The position numbers and the translations under genes are program-made. Below the pieces are notes generated by a model. The model saw only the letters and a program-made list of their open reading frames with translations. It ran no database searches and was not told the DNA's origin. From a virus: a stretch of 64,000 nucleotides of DNA. The stretch lies in the IMG/VR virus record IMGVR_UViG_3300034122_002202, positions 64,001-128,000 of that record; one strand, given 5' to 3'. Positions 21,016 through 31,825 of this stretch are shown one piece after another (the stretch's first letter is position 1; each line of letters starts with the position of its first letter).

Positions 21016-21842
21016 TTAGTTGACTCCTGTTCCATACCCAATAGATTAAAAAGTTTTGCTACTCTATTATGCGATGTATGATTGTTCCTTACATCTTTAT
21101 TTATTCTTTCTACTTCATCATTTAACGAATCTGGATTTTGAAGCAAGTCAATAATTGCTTTAAAAAAAGATTCTTCGTCTTCATAATTAAAATTATCTGC
21201 ACTTATTAAGTCTTTCGTCTTAGCCGATCTATACAGTATACATGGTTTTCCAGATGCGAACACCTTTAAAGGCCAAATTTCGCCAGAAAATAAATCAGAA
21301 GAAACAGATAAGGAACAAGACATTATAATATCTTTAACTAGATTTTCCTTTGCCTTTCCTAAATACTGTCTATACGGCCACTTCTTATCTCCCCATACCT
21401 TAACAATAAAGCCATTTTCAGATAAGGTGTTTAAAATAACATTGTCATTATCATCTATGTATTCACCAACATAATTAATATCAGAAATTAAGTTTGATTT
21501 TAATTTTCCTTTGAGCAAAGGATAGATATCTACAGATGGGTCAAAATTATTAAAACAATAAACATTATCATGAAAATTTTTATTTTCTAAAAAAGAAGTG
21601 TTCTTATAAAATATAACGACTTTACATTTTGGATAAAGATTTATTGCTTTTTTTGTAGCTCTATCAAATGCTGATTCACATGTAATAAATAAATCTGGTT
21701 TTTTTTCATAAAAAGCATCTAAGATTGATTTTTCTTTTTGCTTAAAAAATAGAAATTCATGTCCACAAGATATAAATGCTTTGCCCCAACCTGAGAATTC
21801 TTCTATGTTTAATTGTTCTCCATGAACACAAAGAATATTCAT
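20976..21842 (-). CDS. CgeB-like glycosyltransferase (GT-B)
   Basis: KPDLFI, DINYVG, VKVWG, KVFASGKPCI, HTSHNRVAKL pattern. Confidence 0.65.
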   Translation of the reverse strand: MNILCVHGEQLNIEEFSGWGKAFISCGHEFLFFKQKEKSILDAFYEKKPDLFITCESAFDRATKKAINLYPKCKVVIFYKNTSFLENKNFHDNVYCFNNFDPSVDIYPLLKGKLKSNLISDINYVGEYIDDNDNVILNTLSENGFIVKVWGDKKWPYRQYLGKAKENLVKDIIMSCSLSVSSDLFSGEIWPLKVFASGKPCILYRSAKTKDLISADNFNYEDEESFFKAIIDLLQNPDSLNDEVERINKDVRNNHTSHNRVAKLFNLLGMEQESTKCLLELKKILEKY

Positions 21843-21843
21843 C

Positions 21844-22530
21844 TTAGCCTCTTTTCACTAGTTTCTTTGCTCTATCTATATCTTTGGAAGTATCTATTTC
21901 AACCATTTTCCAGTTGTTGTTCCTGTGAGCTTTGAATATACCAGAATGATCTATTATTTCATTAAAAATTTCAAAACAAAATTTCTTATGTGATCTTTCA
22001 TTATTTGTTATTTTTTTATAAAGAAGTAGCTCATTTCCGGTGAGCATAGCTATATGCCCCCACTTTGGACTTATACCATAGGAAAAATGAACTACATTGT
22101 TATCAACCACATTTACGCCAACTTCCATAGATCTTTGATTTTTTTCATTATCTATAGCAACCCAAGAACTATTTTTAGGTGTTTCTTTAAAGATATCGTC
22201 TGTAAAAACAAGATCGCCATAAATTATTAAAAGTTTTGAATAGTTGTTTCTGCTTAAGGCTAAATTAACAGACATTGATGTGTTGGTAGATTCGTAATTT
22301 TTATTTTCTATGTATGAAATTAAAGAAGGCATTTTTTCTAAAACTTTATCTTTTTGAAAACCTACTATTACAGTTATTTCGTATTTTGGAAAACACGATT
22401 GAATTATACTTATTTGTCTACCTATAACTGTTTGATCTGACGATATACCAATAGCCGACTTAGGACCATATGCCTTCATTCTTTTGCCAAGGCCAGCAGC
22501 TAATATAACAACGCCAAGTTTATGAGCCAT
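21844..22530 (-). CDS. Nucleotidyltransferase (LicC/phosphocholine cytidylyltransferase-like)
   Basis: VILAAGLGKRMK..GPK, ENKNYESTN..S, YGDLVF, EIDT..D motifs. Confidence 0.85.
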   Translation of the reverse strand: MAHKLGVVILAAGLGKRMKAYGPKSAIGISSDQTVIGRQISIIQSCFPKYEITVIVGFQKDKVLEKMPSLISYIENKNYESTNTSMSVNLALSRNNYSKLLIIYGDLVFTDDIFKETPKNSSWVAIDNEKNQRSMEVGVNVVDNNVVHFSYGISPKWGHIAMLTGNELLLYKKITNNERSHKKFCFEIFNEIIDHSGIFKAHRNNNWKMVEIDTSKDIDRAKKLVKRG

Positions 22531-23293
22531 TACTTATTTTGTCTCTTATTCTTGCCCAATTTTTAGTCCATATATTTTTATCTACTGTATTAGAAGAATT
22601 GTATTTTCCTGTTCTCATAATTACATATTTTTCTGGTATGTGATAACAAACGAATTTTTTAGATATTCTTATCCACCAATCATAATCTTCTGCTACACGC
22701 ATTTCTTCATCGAAAAGACCAGAGTCTTCAATTGCATATTTGGCAACCAAACTATGTGGCGGGATTATACACTCTGAAAGCAATCTTTCTGAGCAGAATG
22801 GTTCTTTGTATTGTTGATGCACTCTATTTTTATCCACAGATAAATTTTCATAGTCACAATATACAACGCCAACATAGCCTTGATGTTCAATCATTTTCTT
22901 AACTGTTTTTTTTATTTTTCCAGAAATGTGCATGTCATCTGAATCAATAAATGAAAAAAAGTCTGTTTCATCAAAACAAGACTTTATTCCAATGTTTCTG
23001 GCTGCTGATGGACCTCTAGATGTATTTGCAGCAATTAATTTTATTTGAAAATTATAATCTTTATATGTTCCAATTACTCCATCAATTTTATTTTCTGAAA
23101 ATGGTTTTGGATTAGTTATTAAATTATATACATTTTGTGCTGAATTATCTGTAGATCCATCATCAACAACGACAATGCTTTTACTGTCATACGGATCATT
23201 AGCTACACTGTCTAGACAGCTTTCTATCCAATGACCATAATTGTAATTTGGTACAACTACAGTTACTCTTGGCTGTTTACTATGCATGGACAT
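22520..23293 (-). CDS. Glycosyltransferase family 2
   Basis: VVPNYN, VVVDDGSTD, GPSAARN, FIDSDD, AEDYD. Confidence 0.92.
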   Translation of the reverse strand: MSMHSKQPRVTVVVPNYNYGHWIESCLDSVANDPYDSKSIVVVDDGSTDNSAQNVYNLITNPKPFSENKIDGVIGTYKDYNFQIKLIAANTSRGPSAARNIGIKSCFDETDFFSFIDSDDMHISGKIKKTVKKMIEHQGYVGVVYCDYENLSVDKNRVHQQYKEPFCSERLLSECIIPPHSLVAKYAIEDSGLFDEEMRVAEDYDWWIRISKKFVCYHIPEKYVIMRTGKYNSSNTVDKNIWTKNWARIRDKISNGS

Positions 23294-24111
23294 ATGTCTT
23301 CACACTTTTTAATCATGGAAGTAAGGTTCTGTGTTGTTGCTACATACTTTATTTTTTCAATAATGCTATTTGCTGGTTTTTCAGAATTGTCATCAACAAC
23401 AGCTTGTTCATTTCCACGCAATGCATTAAATATAAATGACTGAAAGGTAAGTCCGTTATTTTCAGAATCAATCGGCTCTAACAACAAAAATCTTTGCATG
23501 TTGTCATTTAAAGCAATGTCAATTTGTTCTACAAATTTATTTGGCACAATAAAATCAGAAGTAAAAACAGACATGTATATGCAATTTGTTTTTTGCATTG
23601 CTACATTCATAGAAACATCTCCGACATATTCACCATCAACTATATGTCTAATAGACCATTTAAATGTTACTTTTTTATCATTAAGAATCTTCATTATTTT
23701 TGATGGCTGAACTTCTGGATTAGCACAGAAAATTACTTCACTAAATTGTTTGGTCTGGTTACAAATACTATCTATAATTCTAATTAAATTTGCTTGATCC
23801 TCTTTTATCATAACTAAACAGCCGACTCTAACTGAACATCTTTCTCTAGCACTTTCTTTTGCTTCTTCAAATGTTTTTCCTTCTAAAAAAGATGTTGGTC
23901 TGTATGTCATACAAGCATGATTGTTGATTACAAAAAATTCCTTTTCATCATCAAATGATTCATCTACTGCAACACCATTTTCTTTGAGCTTTTTTATTTT
24001 ATCAAAAGAGCAGTCTGTTTGAGTTTTATCAGAATAAATAGCAAAAATACAATCTTTACATGATGTGTGAACAGTTCCTAGCATTATTTTCTCCTTGATT
24101 CTATATAGCAA
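23263..24111 (-). CDS. Hypothetical protein (Cys-containing N-domain, GT-A-like C-domain)
   Basis: CKDCIFA...C N-terminus; cluster context. Confidence 0.55.
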   Translation of the reverse strand: MLYRIKEKIMLGTVHTSCKDCIFAIYSDKTQTDCSFDKIKKLKENGVAVDESFDDEKEFFVINNHACMTYRPTSFLEGKTFEEAKESARERCSVRVGCLVMIKEDQANLIRIIDSICNQTKQFSEVIFCANPEVQPSKIMKILNDKKVTFKWSIRHIVDGEYVGDVSMNVAMQKTNCIYMSVFTSDFIVPNKFVEQIDIALNDNMQRFLLLEPIDSENNGLTFQSFIFNALRGNEQAVVDDNSEKPANSIIEKIKYVATTQNLTSMIKKCEDICPCIVNSQE

Positions 24112-24572
24112 TAAAACGAGTCAAGTTTGACATTCTCTATTATCATACCATTTTCTACAAGTATATTTTTTATAAAAGGTATTGTAAATCCAGATTTTTT
24201 AAAGTTCCAACCTTCTTCTTGACCGCCATATATATGTTTTGAAATATCTTCTTCTTTAATAGTTCCAATTGTTATTAATCTACATAATTCAATAATATCT
24301 TCAAAAAAAAGAAACAACCTTCCTTCATGTTTTAATTTTTTGCACCAATGCTTAATAGTGTCTTTTATTTCTAAATGACTTATAAAATTTAAAACTCTTT
24401 TGCAGGAAATAGCATCTAATTCACCATCATCTGCAATTTTACTTAAATCTTGATAATGACAATATAAAACACTTTCAGACGATGTTGGAAATGGGCTTAT
24501 ATATGTAAACTCACTGTCCTCAACATCTTCTTTAAAGAATGGTATTCCTATATTTATTTTCATAATTCCCAC
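24084..24572 (-). CDS. SAM-methyltransferase-like protein (degenerate)
   Basis: KINIG, DAISCKRVLNFI, WCKKLKHEGRL, YGGQ...KSGF pattern. Confidence 0.55.
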   Translation of the reverse strand: MGIMKINIGIPFFKEDVEDSEFTYISPFPTSSESVLYCHYQDLSKIADDGELDAISCKRVLNFISHLEIKDTIKHWCKKLKHEGRLFLFFEDIIELCRLITIGTIKEEDISKHIYGGQEEGWNFKKSGFTIPFIKNILVENGMIIENVKLDSFYCYIESRRK

Positions 24573-25555
24573 CAGTTTTTGGTTACTGCCTTCTGTAAAA
24601 CTTCATTCCATCTGTTTGTAAAAGATTCTAAAGAAAAATTTTGAAGTATTGTCTTTCTTGCTTCTTCACCCATTTTTCTGCATAAAGAAGGATCTTCCAA
24701 ACAATTATTCAAAAAAGATCTAAGTTCATTTTCATCATTTGAAATAAATCCATTTACGCCATTTTTAATTATTTCTGGACACATACCATTTGCAGTAGTA
24801 ATAACACAGCAACCACATGCCATAGCTTCTATTAAAGTGGTTGGCAATGGGCTAAATATTGATGTGTTTAAAAATATACTAGATCTATTATAACTATTAA
24901 CTAAATCATCAATGTCTTTAGCTGGTTCAGAAAGTTCTGGATTGCTACCGATTACAACTACTGGCATATCTTTTGTTATGCTTTGCCATAATGTAAATCC
25001 ACATTCATAATCTCTATTTTTCCAATCGTTAACAACACTTAGAATATTGTTTTCTCTTTTTATTTTCTTATTGTTAAAAACCTTAGTGTCAACCCCATGA
25101 TTGATAACTTCATGTTCTTCTTTAAAATCCCAAGATTTTACAGAATATTCAGAAATAAATATGTTTGTATTACCAAATTTTTTCTTTAATGCAGTTCTTG
25201 TTTTTGTCATGCACACATGTTCTAGGCATATTAATGGTATGTGTAAATGTTTAGATATAGTCAAAGCTATATCAAATTGCATAAATTTTTCATGACTTAA
25301 AATAGCATCGAAAACAAGATAATTTGGAATATCAGATATTTTTTCTATATTATTTAATAACTTGTGATTTTTTGGTACTTCTGCATATTGAGAATTCCAA
25401 GTTTTAATCTTTGGATTGTTTATAACCCAAAAATCAGCATTGATATCAGCCATATTAGACTGATATCTTTCATGCGTTGAAAATGTAAGTATCTTAAGTC
25501 TATCTCCACTTTTTCTAGTGGATGACCTTACTATATTACTTAATGCAGGATGCAT
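24560..25555 (-). CDS. Glycosyltransferase family 4 (GT-B)
   Basis: VINHGVD, LIEAMACGCCVITT, EIIKNGVNGF. Confidence 0.9.
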   Translation of the reverse strand: MHPALSNIVRSSTRKSGDRLKILTFSTHERYQSNMADINADFWVINNPKIKTWNSQYAEVPKNHKLLNNIEKISDIPNYLVFDAILSHEKFMQFDIALTISKHLHIPLICLEHVCMTKTRTALKKKFGNTNIFISEYSVKSWDFKEEHEVINHGVDTKVFNNKKIKRENNILSVVNDWKNRDYECGFTLWQSITKDMPVVVIGSNPELSEPAKDIDDLVNSYNRSSIFLNTSIFSPLPTTLIEAMACGCCVITTANGMCPEIIKNGVNGFISNDENELRSFLNNCLEDPSLCRKMGEEARKTILQNFSLESFTNRWNEVLQKAVTKNWWEL

Positions 25556-26290
25556 CTATTCCCCTAACTGCTCAACGATATATTTAATAAGCCCATGCCT
25601 TTGTATATCATCGCCAGTAAGGAACACTTTAGCAATATCTTTATGATTAAGTTTTTCTAAAATCCACCCCATAGTGTTTCCTTCGTAATGAGGCAAGTCT
25701 GTTTGTGTATGATCACCACAAACAATAACTTTTGCATTTTGACCAAATCTAGTTAGAAACATTTTTAATTGTCTTCTTGTGGCATTTTGTGCTTCATCTA
25801 AAATAATCATAGAATCATGAAATGTTCTTCCCCTCATTAATTCAAGAGGGCATATTTCTAATATCTGATCATTTCTGATTGCTTTCATTTTTGTTTTTGT
25901 GACAAAATTACCAATTGCTTCAAGCATGGCAACCATAAAAGGCTCAGTCTTTTCCTTAAGATCGCCTGGAAAAGCACCAATCTTTTGTCCGCATTCAATT
26001 AGTGGTCTAGCTATAATAATTTTTTCTATTTTTTTCTGCATCAATAGTCCAGCAGCAACACCACAAGCTATAAATGTTTTCCCTGCACCAGCAGGACCAG
26101 AACATATTGTAAGTGTGTGCTTTTCAATTGCTTCTATATAGATATCTTGATTTTTTGTTTTACCTTTTATTTGATTCGTTTTTTCTTCTTCAACTGATTT
26201 ATCCCTTTCTTCCTTCCAAGAAACCTCTGTAGGTTCTTCTTTATAGTTTGCAATGTCTACCCAAGTTTGTTTTTTCTTTTTTGGAGGCAT
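25556..26290 (-). CDS. phoH: PhoH-family ATPase
   Basis: GPAGAGKT, MRGRTF, ILDEAQN, GDHTQTD, RHGL. Confidence 0.95.
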   Translation of the reverse strand: MPPKKKKQTWVDIANYKEEPTEVSWKEERDKSVEEEKTNQIKGKTKNQDIYIEAIEKHTLTICSGPAGAGKTFIACGVAAGLLMQKKIEKIIIARPLIECGQKIGAFPGDLKEKTEPFMVAMLEAIGNFVTKTKMKAIRNDQILEICPLELMRGRTFHDSMIILDEAQNATRRQLKMFLTRFGQNAKVIVCGDHTQTDLPHYEGNTMGWILEKLNHKDIAKVFLTGDDIQRHGLIKYIVEQLGE

Positions 26291-27380
26291 GTTTAATCAC
26301 CTTTAAAAAATTTAACCCCACTTTTTCGTGGGAGAATTCGTAGGCACGATCTAAAGCAGAAGTAGCCTTAGACTTTCTAACATCCTCCATTGAATAACAA
26401 TCTCTCATCTTCCTTCTTAAGTCATGAATATCAATTGACCACCAATATTCAGATCCATCGTAGATGCCATCAAAAATCCTTTCTTGACCAAAAACAAATT
26501 CTTTATGGCAATCAACCAACCAACCAACATTGTCATTCAAATAGTCTTTGTAGCCAGAACAATTGGTTACAATAGGTGTCTTTCCAAAACCCATTGCATC
26601 AAATGCTGGTATACTCCAAGCTTCACCATAAGATGCTTGTACAAAAGCATCGCATGAATTGTGTAGTTTGTATATTGCGTTATTTGACAATCTTTCTTTT
26701 ATGCAAAATACTCTAGGGAGTCTTTTTACATTAAGTCCAGATGAAATAGAATTACAATATTTAGTAAAGTCTTCTTTATCATCATGATTTGTTTTTACTA
26801 TTAAACAAACATTTTCATCTCTTGAAAACTCTAAAAAATACGCCTTTAACAACGCTGATAAGTTTTTTCTTCTTTTTTGTTCGCCTATAGTGTAAAAAAT
26901 AAAATCTTTTTTAAAAGTATTGTCCTCTATCTGTTTTAGTTTATCAAATTTTTGAGTGTAAACAGAAAAATCTCTAGCATGAGGAACAACATATATCGGA
27001 ACTTTTACCCCACTATTTCTGCATGATTCAATCATTTGATTATTTATAACAATACAACAATCCATGTTATTTAAATGATTTTGCCATCCAGACATTCTAA
27101 ACGAAGATGTTTCATAAGCAAAAAGTGCTATGTTTAAATTAAAATTTGAATCATATTGCATATGAATTGGAAGAGTATGTTGAATAACAACATCGCAATT
27201 ATCTGCCGACCTTTTTTCTAATTCTTCAACTCTTTTGTGTGGAGTATGATTTAATGTGTTGAACTTTAATGGTCTACAAACAACATTTACGCCAACTGAA
27301 TCTAAAGATAATATATAATCTTCAGCAGCTTGACCGTATCCAGTTCCATCTCTGTAATTTCCTATGTAAAGAACTTTCAT
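26241..27380 (-). CDS. Glycosyltransferase family 4
   Basis: TGYGQAA, RRKNL, SYGEAWSIPAFDAMGFG. Confidence 0.88.
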   Translation of the reverse strand: MKVLYIGNYRDGTGYGQAAEDYILSLDSVGVNVVCRPLKFNTLNHTPHKRVEELEKRSADNCDVVIQHTLPIHMQYDSNFNLNIALFAYETSSFRMSGWQNHLNNMDCCIVINNQMIESCRNSGVKVPIYVVPHARDFSVYTQKFDKLKQIEDNTFKKDFIFYTIGEQKRRKNLSALLKAYFLEFSRDENVCLIVKTNHDDKEDFTKYCNSISSGLNVKRLPRVFCIKERLSNNAIYKLHNSCDAFVQASYGEAWSIPAFDAMGFGKTPIVTNCSGYKDYLNDNVGWLVDCHKEFVFGQERIFDGIYDGSEYWWSIDIHDLRRKMRDCYSMEDVRKSKATSALDRAYEFSHEKVGLNFLKVIKHASKKEKTNLGRHCKL

Positions 27381-27381
27381 T

Positions 27382-28881
27382 TTAGTTCCTTATAGATTCA
27401 TAGTGGTTATATTTAGATATTATTTTTTCTACTTCTTTATATATATCTTCCTTAGAAGACATATTGTAATTTATTCTTTTTAAAAACCTTGAAAATAAAA
27501 GAGAAAAATCATCATTAAAACACTTTAACAATTGCTTTAAAAATTCTACATTATTATCAAAAGATATTTCTGAAGGTATGCTCATATATTTTTTGGGTTC
27601 ATTCCATGTATTAGAACTTGGTACAGATAAAAAGTGGTTTTTTAACTTTTCTGAAACAGCATCATAGCTATACTTTTCTTTTGTCAAATTTAGTGTTTTA
27701 TTAGACTTGAACTTTCTTACTGATTCTGGTTGTTTAAAATATTTAATACAAATATCTACAAAATTTTGATTATCTGGAAGTGCAAACTTTCTATGTGTTT
27801 CAACTTCATAATGCATTCTTTGTACTTTTATTGGAAAACCATCTAGTTTTCTAACTATATCGTACATAGCACTATAGTCTGTAGCACAAATAGGAACCCC
27901 ACAAGAAGCTGCTTCTACTAATGGCATCCCAAATCCTTCTGCACAAGAATATTGAACATATAGATCCATTAAATTATACACCATTGCCATAGAGTCTCTT
28001 TTTGCACCAGAACTTGTGTTTGGAAACAAAGAAGATATTTTTTTACAATAATTGCATTCTATAATTGCACCATTAAAATTTGATATTGATATGTTAAAAC
28101 AGCCCCTACAACTATAAGTAAACAACAGTTTTTTTGATATTTTGGGTCTTTCAGCTATTAATTTTGGTATATCCCAACCAACATCTGGATAAGTAGTGTG
28201 CATATATAGAAATAATTTTGAAGATATCTCTTTTGGTGCTTGATTCAACAACATTTCAAATGCATCAAAAAGATCTGGAATTAGTTTTCTTTTTTGATTT
28301 CTCATAACAGAACCGATTATTAAACAATCTGGATCTAATCCATGAGATTTTTTAAATTCCTTTTTGTCTTTAATCATAGTAAAAACTTCATCTGCTGCTG
28401 GAGAAGCAGAAGAAATTAAATTTAAATTTGGATAATTTTCTTTGAGTATGTCTAAAGCCCAATCTGAGTATGTAAATATAGAATCTGCCTTAGTTAAAGT
28501 ATATATCCATTCTGAATCTAATGGAATCGAATCAATAGTTGGCATATAGGCCCAATGGAAATGTCTCTTGTAGGGAGAATCTCCAATAAAATCATCAATC
28601 CAAGGATCTCTGAAAGACCATACTACATCTGGTTTAAATTCTAAAAGAACATCTTCAAAGATTGAAGAGCCAAATCTTCCGCTAGTTTTATTTTCTTCTG
28701 GATAATATATTTTCCAAGGTGGTTTTGGAACTGACGGATGATCTTTACCAAAACACGCTATCTCTGCCAATTCAAATTCTCCTGTTTGATAAAGCCTGTT
28801 CATAATCTGGCAACCATAATTGGCATATCCAGAGTTTATAAAAGTTGCTTCACCACACAGGAGTATTCGTTTTTTTGACAT
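27382..28881 (-). CDS. Glycosyltransferase family 4
   Basis: SGYANY, RNQKRK, AEGFGMPLVEAASCG. Confidence 0.9.
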   Translation of the reverse strand: MSKKRILLCGEATFINSGYANYGCQIMNRLYQTGEFELAEIACFGKDHPSVPKPPWKIYYPEENKTSGRFGSSIFEDVLLEFKPDVVWSFRDPWIDDFIGDSPYKRHFHWAYMPTIDSIPLDSEWIYTLTKADSIFTYSDWALDILKENYPNLNLISSASPAADEVFTMIKDKKEFKKSHGLDPDCLIIGSVMRNQKRKLIPDLFDAFEMLLNQAPKEISSKLFLYMHTTYPDVGWDIPKLIAERPKISKKLLFTYSCRGCFNISISNFNGAIIECNYCKKISSLFPNTSSGAKRDSMAMVYNLMDLYVQYSCAEGFGMPLVEAASCGVPICATDYSAMYDIVRKLDGFPIKVQRMHYEVETHRKFALPDNQNFVDICIKYFKQPESVRKFKSNKTLNLTKEKYSYDAVSEKLKNHFLSVPSSNTWNEPKKYMSIPSEISFDNNVEFLKQLLKCFNDDFSLLFSRFLKRINYNMSSKEDIYKEVEKIISKYNHYESIRN

Positions 28882-28889
28882 TTTAATTC

Positions 28890-29276
28890 CTATAGTATTT
28901 GATTACCGAAATCTTCTTCTTCTGCAAATACTTCTGAATGTTGTTCTTCTTCATCGTTTGCTTTCTGATCTACATACCAAAATTTTTGAACTATAAATTT
29001 AATTTTATGCCTGTTTTTTCCATTTTCTTTATCTACCCAACTTTCTGTTTTAGCAGAAGTATGCACTAAAATTCTAGAACCTTTTTTAAAATACTTCCCA
29101 ATCAAATCAGCAGTTTTTTCCCAAGCAACACAATCAATAAAAGTCATTTCTGGTTTTTCTTGATTCTTAGATGGATTTCTAACCGAAATACAAAAGTTAA
29201 CAACAGATTTTCCATTGTTTAATTTTATAAGTTCTGGTTCTCTAGTTAGCTTACCAAGGAAAGAACAAATATTCAT
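28890..29276 (-). CDS. ssb: Single-stranded DNA-binding protein
   Basis: LGKLTREPEL, FIDCVAWEKTA, KKGSRILV, acidic tail. Confidence 0.93.
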   Translation of the reverse strand: MNICSFLGKLTREPELIKLNNGKSVVNFCISVRNPSKNQEKPEMTFIDCVAWEKTADLIGKYFKKGSRILVHTSAKTESWVDKENGKNRHKIKFIVQKFWYVDQKANDEEEQHSEVFAEEEDFGNQIL

Positions 29277-29285
29277 TTCTATCTC

Positions 29286-30911
29286 CTAAATTTGAACAAC
29301 AGTTTTAACTAAAAGAGAGTCACTTTTTTTGTCTCGTTCACCTTGAATCAAGACTGTATTACCCTCTTTTAACAAAGAAGCAAAATCTTTGTACGAGTTT
29401 GGAAAACAAATGACATCATCTATTTTTCCAGTAGCATCAGATATTGATAAAAATGCCATTCTAGATCCTGGTGTTTTTCCAGCCTTTGTAAGCACTTCTT
29501 TAGACCTTCTTATTTCAACACCAAAGACCATATAGCCACTCTTTCCATCTAAGTATTCTTTGCATGTAGTGTTAGAACTACTTGTGTCGCAAGAGTCTGT
29601 AGCATTATATGTTAAAGAAATTCCTAAAGAATCCTTTTCAATCCAACAAACCCAACTTGGAATATCTATTAAAGGAGAAGGGGGATTTTTAATCATAGAA
29701 GCAATGCTTTTTAAAACCTCAACTCTTTTGACTGAAGAACAACAGCCACCTTCTTTTTTTGTCTTTGCTGAGTTTAAAATCATATCTGGTATATTAGTGA
29801 TTTCAACATTAGCTTTTATCCACTCCTTTTCTTTGTCTGTTAATTCAGACCAAGCATTAAATTCAGCAAGAAGAACCTTCCTTTTGCTGCCAAATTTTCT
29901 TAGAGCGTTAACAGCAATTAGTTTTTCAATACTTGATTTTGGCATTTCATCAGAACATTTAACAACAAATTCTTCCCAAGAATCTATACTTTTGCCGTAA
30001 TTATTTATAGCTAGTTTGATTTTTTCAAATTGAGATTGCCCAATTCCTTTTACATCAGTAATACCAAACCAAATTGATATTCCGTCAGTGTAAAAGTTGC
30101 TATTTAGCATCATTATGTCTGGAGAATAGACAGCTATATTGAATTTTTTTGCATCTTCAATTAGTTCAGATATTTCAAGCTGACTATCTGCTTTGTCTTT
30201 TGCAAAATAAAGCCAGCTAGTAAAGAATTGAACTGGAAAATGGCTCTTTAAATAAGCAGTATCATATCCAATTAAGCCATAGCAGCAACTGTGACTGCGA
30301 TTAAACGAGTATTTTTGACTCTGTTCAATCCATCCAAATATTTCTTCAGCTTGATCTTCTGAGACTACTTCTATCTTTTTAGCACCCTCAATAAACATCG
30401 TCTTACATTTTGCCATTTCGCTAGATGATTTCTTTCCCATTGCCTTACGAAGCATGTCTGCTTCTTGCAAAGTAAATCCAGCGATAACTCTAGAAAGTTC
30501 CATTGCCTGTTCTTGAAAAACAAGTGACCCATAAGTTGATTTAAGTGCATCATCAACAATAGGATGATAGGATGAAACCTCTTCTTCTCCGTTTACAATA
30601 CGGCAATAATGTGCGGTCATACTAACGCCCTTATCATCAACAGAACGCAAAGCTCCCGGTCTGATAAGAGCACCTAAAGCAGTTAAATGATCAACAGTTT
30701 TTGGTCTTAATTTTTTAGACCATTGTTTTCCAAGATCTGATTCTAACTGGAAAATTCCTTTTGTATCGCCTCTAGAAAATATATCCCAAGCAATATCGCA
30801 AGAAGGAAGATTAGTTGGATCTACTTCCATTAGAGGCAAAGAATCTTTGGTTAAAGGATCTCCAATTATTGGAAAACTACAACCACATGAAAATTTGTAT
30901 GTTTTTGTCAT
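29286..30911 (-). CDS. dnaE: DNA polymerase III alpha, C-terminal half (fingers, HhH, OB)
   Basis: GDTKGIFQLES, LIRPG, TYGSLVFQEQ, ADMLRKAMGKK, YSFNRSH, KGIG, terminal OB fold. Confidence 0.93.
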   Translation of the reverse strand: MTKTYKFSCGCSFPIIGDPLTKDSLPLMEVDPTNLPSCDIAWDIFSRGDTKGIFQLESDLGKQWSKKLRPKTVDHLTALGALIRPGALRSVDDKGVSMTAHYCRIVNGEEEVSSYHPIVDDALKSTYGSLVFQEQAMELSRVIAGFTLQEADMLRKAMGKKSSSEMAKCKTMFIEGAKKIEVVSEDQAEEIFGWIEQSQKYSFNRSHSCCYGLIGYDTAYLKSHFPVQFFTSWLYFAKDKADSQLEISELIEDAKKFNIAVYSPDIMMLNSNFYTDGISIWFGITDVKGIGQSQFEKIKLAINNYGKSIDSWEEFVVKCSDEMPKSSIEKLIAVNALRKFGSKRKVLLAEFNAWSELTDKEKEWIKANVEITNIPDMILNSAKTKKEGGCCSSVKRVEVLKSIASMIKNPPSPLIDIPSWVCWIEKDSLGISLTYNATDSCDTSSSNTTCKEYLDGKSGYMVFGVEIRRSKEVLTKAGKTPGSRMAFLSISDATGKIDDVICFPNSYKDFASLLKEGNTVLIQGERDKKSDSLLVKTVVQI

Positions 30912-30915
30912 ATTA

Positions 30916-31554
30916 TTATTTCTTAAATGAGTCTTTAAATTTAACTTTTGGGTATATTGATCTATGTAGTTTTAAGAAGTATGTGATTAAGTCTGCTGTT
31001 TGCTCAACATCAACTAGTGCATCATGAGCATTAGCCTTTGACATTCCAAAATGATCTCTAATAGTATCCATTTTCATATTAGGCATATCATCTGAATTTT
31101 CAAACCAAAGCAACATCATTTCATCTAAATCAAACATGCTTCTTTTATTGAAGAAAGATTGTGTGGCATTTGGTTGAACATATCCTAATTCAATACAGAC
31201 TCTTTGAAAAATCGGCATATCAAAAAATCTAATGTTTTTTCCTGCTGGAACAGGAGCTAATATATTGCTTTTACCAACCGCAAAAGTAGATATAAAATCA
31301 ATAAACCTACTCCAAACAACATCAAGATTGGGTGCAAGCTGAAGTTCTTCTCTTGTCTTTTTGTTTACTGCTAGTGCTGCTTCTTGCAAATTTCCAAAGT
31401 CTCTAGGTTTTACAAGACTATTAAAGACTGCACCTTCTATTGGTTGAAGAGTTTTTCTATTTATTGCCTTTGCAGCAATTTGAATAACTTCACAAGTATT
31501 TGTATCTAAAGATCCTGTTTCAAAATCAAAAACAATAATCGTATTACTCTTCAT
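30916..31554 (-). CDS. dnaQ: DEDDh 3'-5' exonuclease (DnaQ/epsilon-like)
   Basis: DFETG, NIRFFD, HDALVD. Confidence 0.88.
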   Translation of the reverse strand: MKSNTIIVFDFETGSLDTNTCEVIQIAAKAINRKTLQPIEGAVFNSLVKPRDFGNLQEAALAVNKKTREELQLAPNLDVVWSRFIDFISTFAVGKSNILAPVPAGKNIRFFDMPIFQRVCIELGYVQPNATQSFFNKRSMFDLDEMMLLWFENSDDMPNMKMDTIRDHFGMSKANAHDALVDVEQTADLITYFLKLHRSIYPKVKFKDSFKK

Positions 31555-31825
31555 CGTCTTCTTCTCCTTTAATAGTTAGTTCTATTGATCCATCATCAAT
31601 TTGCTGTATTTTAAGTTCGACTTCTGCATCTTCTGCTGAATCTAAAAAATCCTTATCTATAAGTAACATACCTCCATTTTGAATTGTTATTGCCTTTAAT
31701 AGTTTGTTCGCCTGTTTAACAAGATCTTTCTTTAATGAAGAGCAATCAGACAAAGCATCTAACAAGGCTGTTTGCTGGACTACCAGTTTACTTATTATAG
31801 ATATTTCAAGAGAATTATCATTCAT
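31544..31825 (-). CDS. Small acidic hypothetical protein
   Basis: Overlap-coupled between dnaE-N and dnaQ. Confidence 0.65.
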   Translation of the reverse strand: MNDNSLEISIISKLVVQQTALLDALSDCSSLKKDLVKQANKLLKAITIQNGGMLLIDKDFLDSAEDAEVELKIQQIDDGSIELTIKGEEDDEE

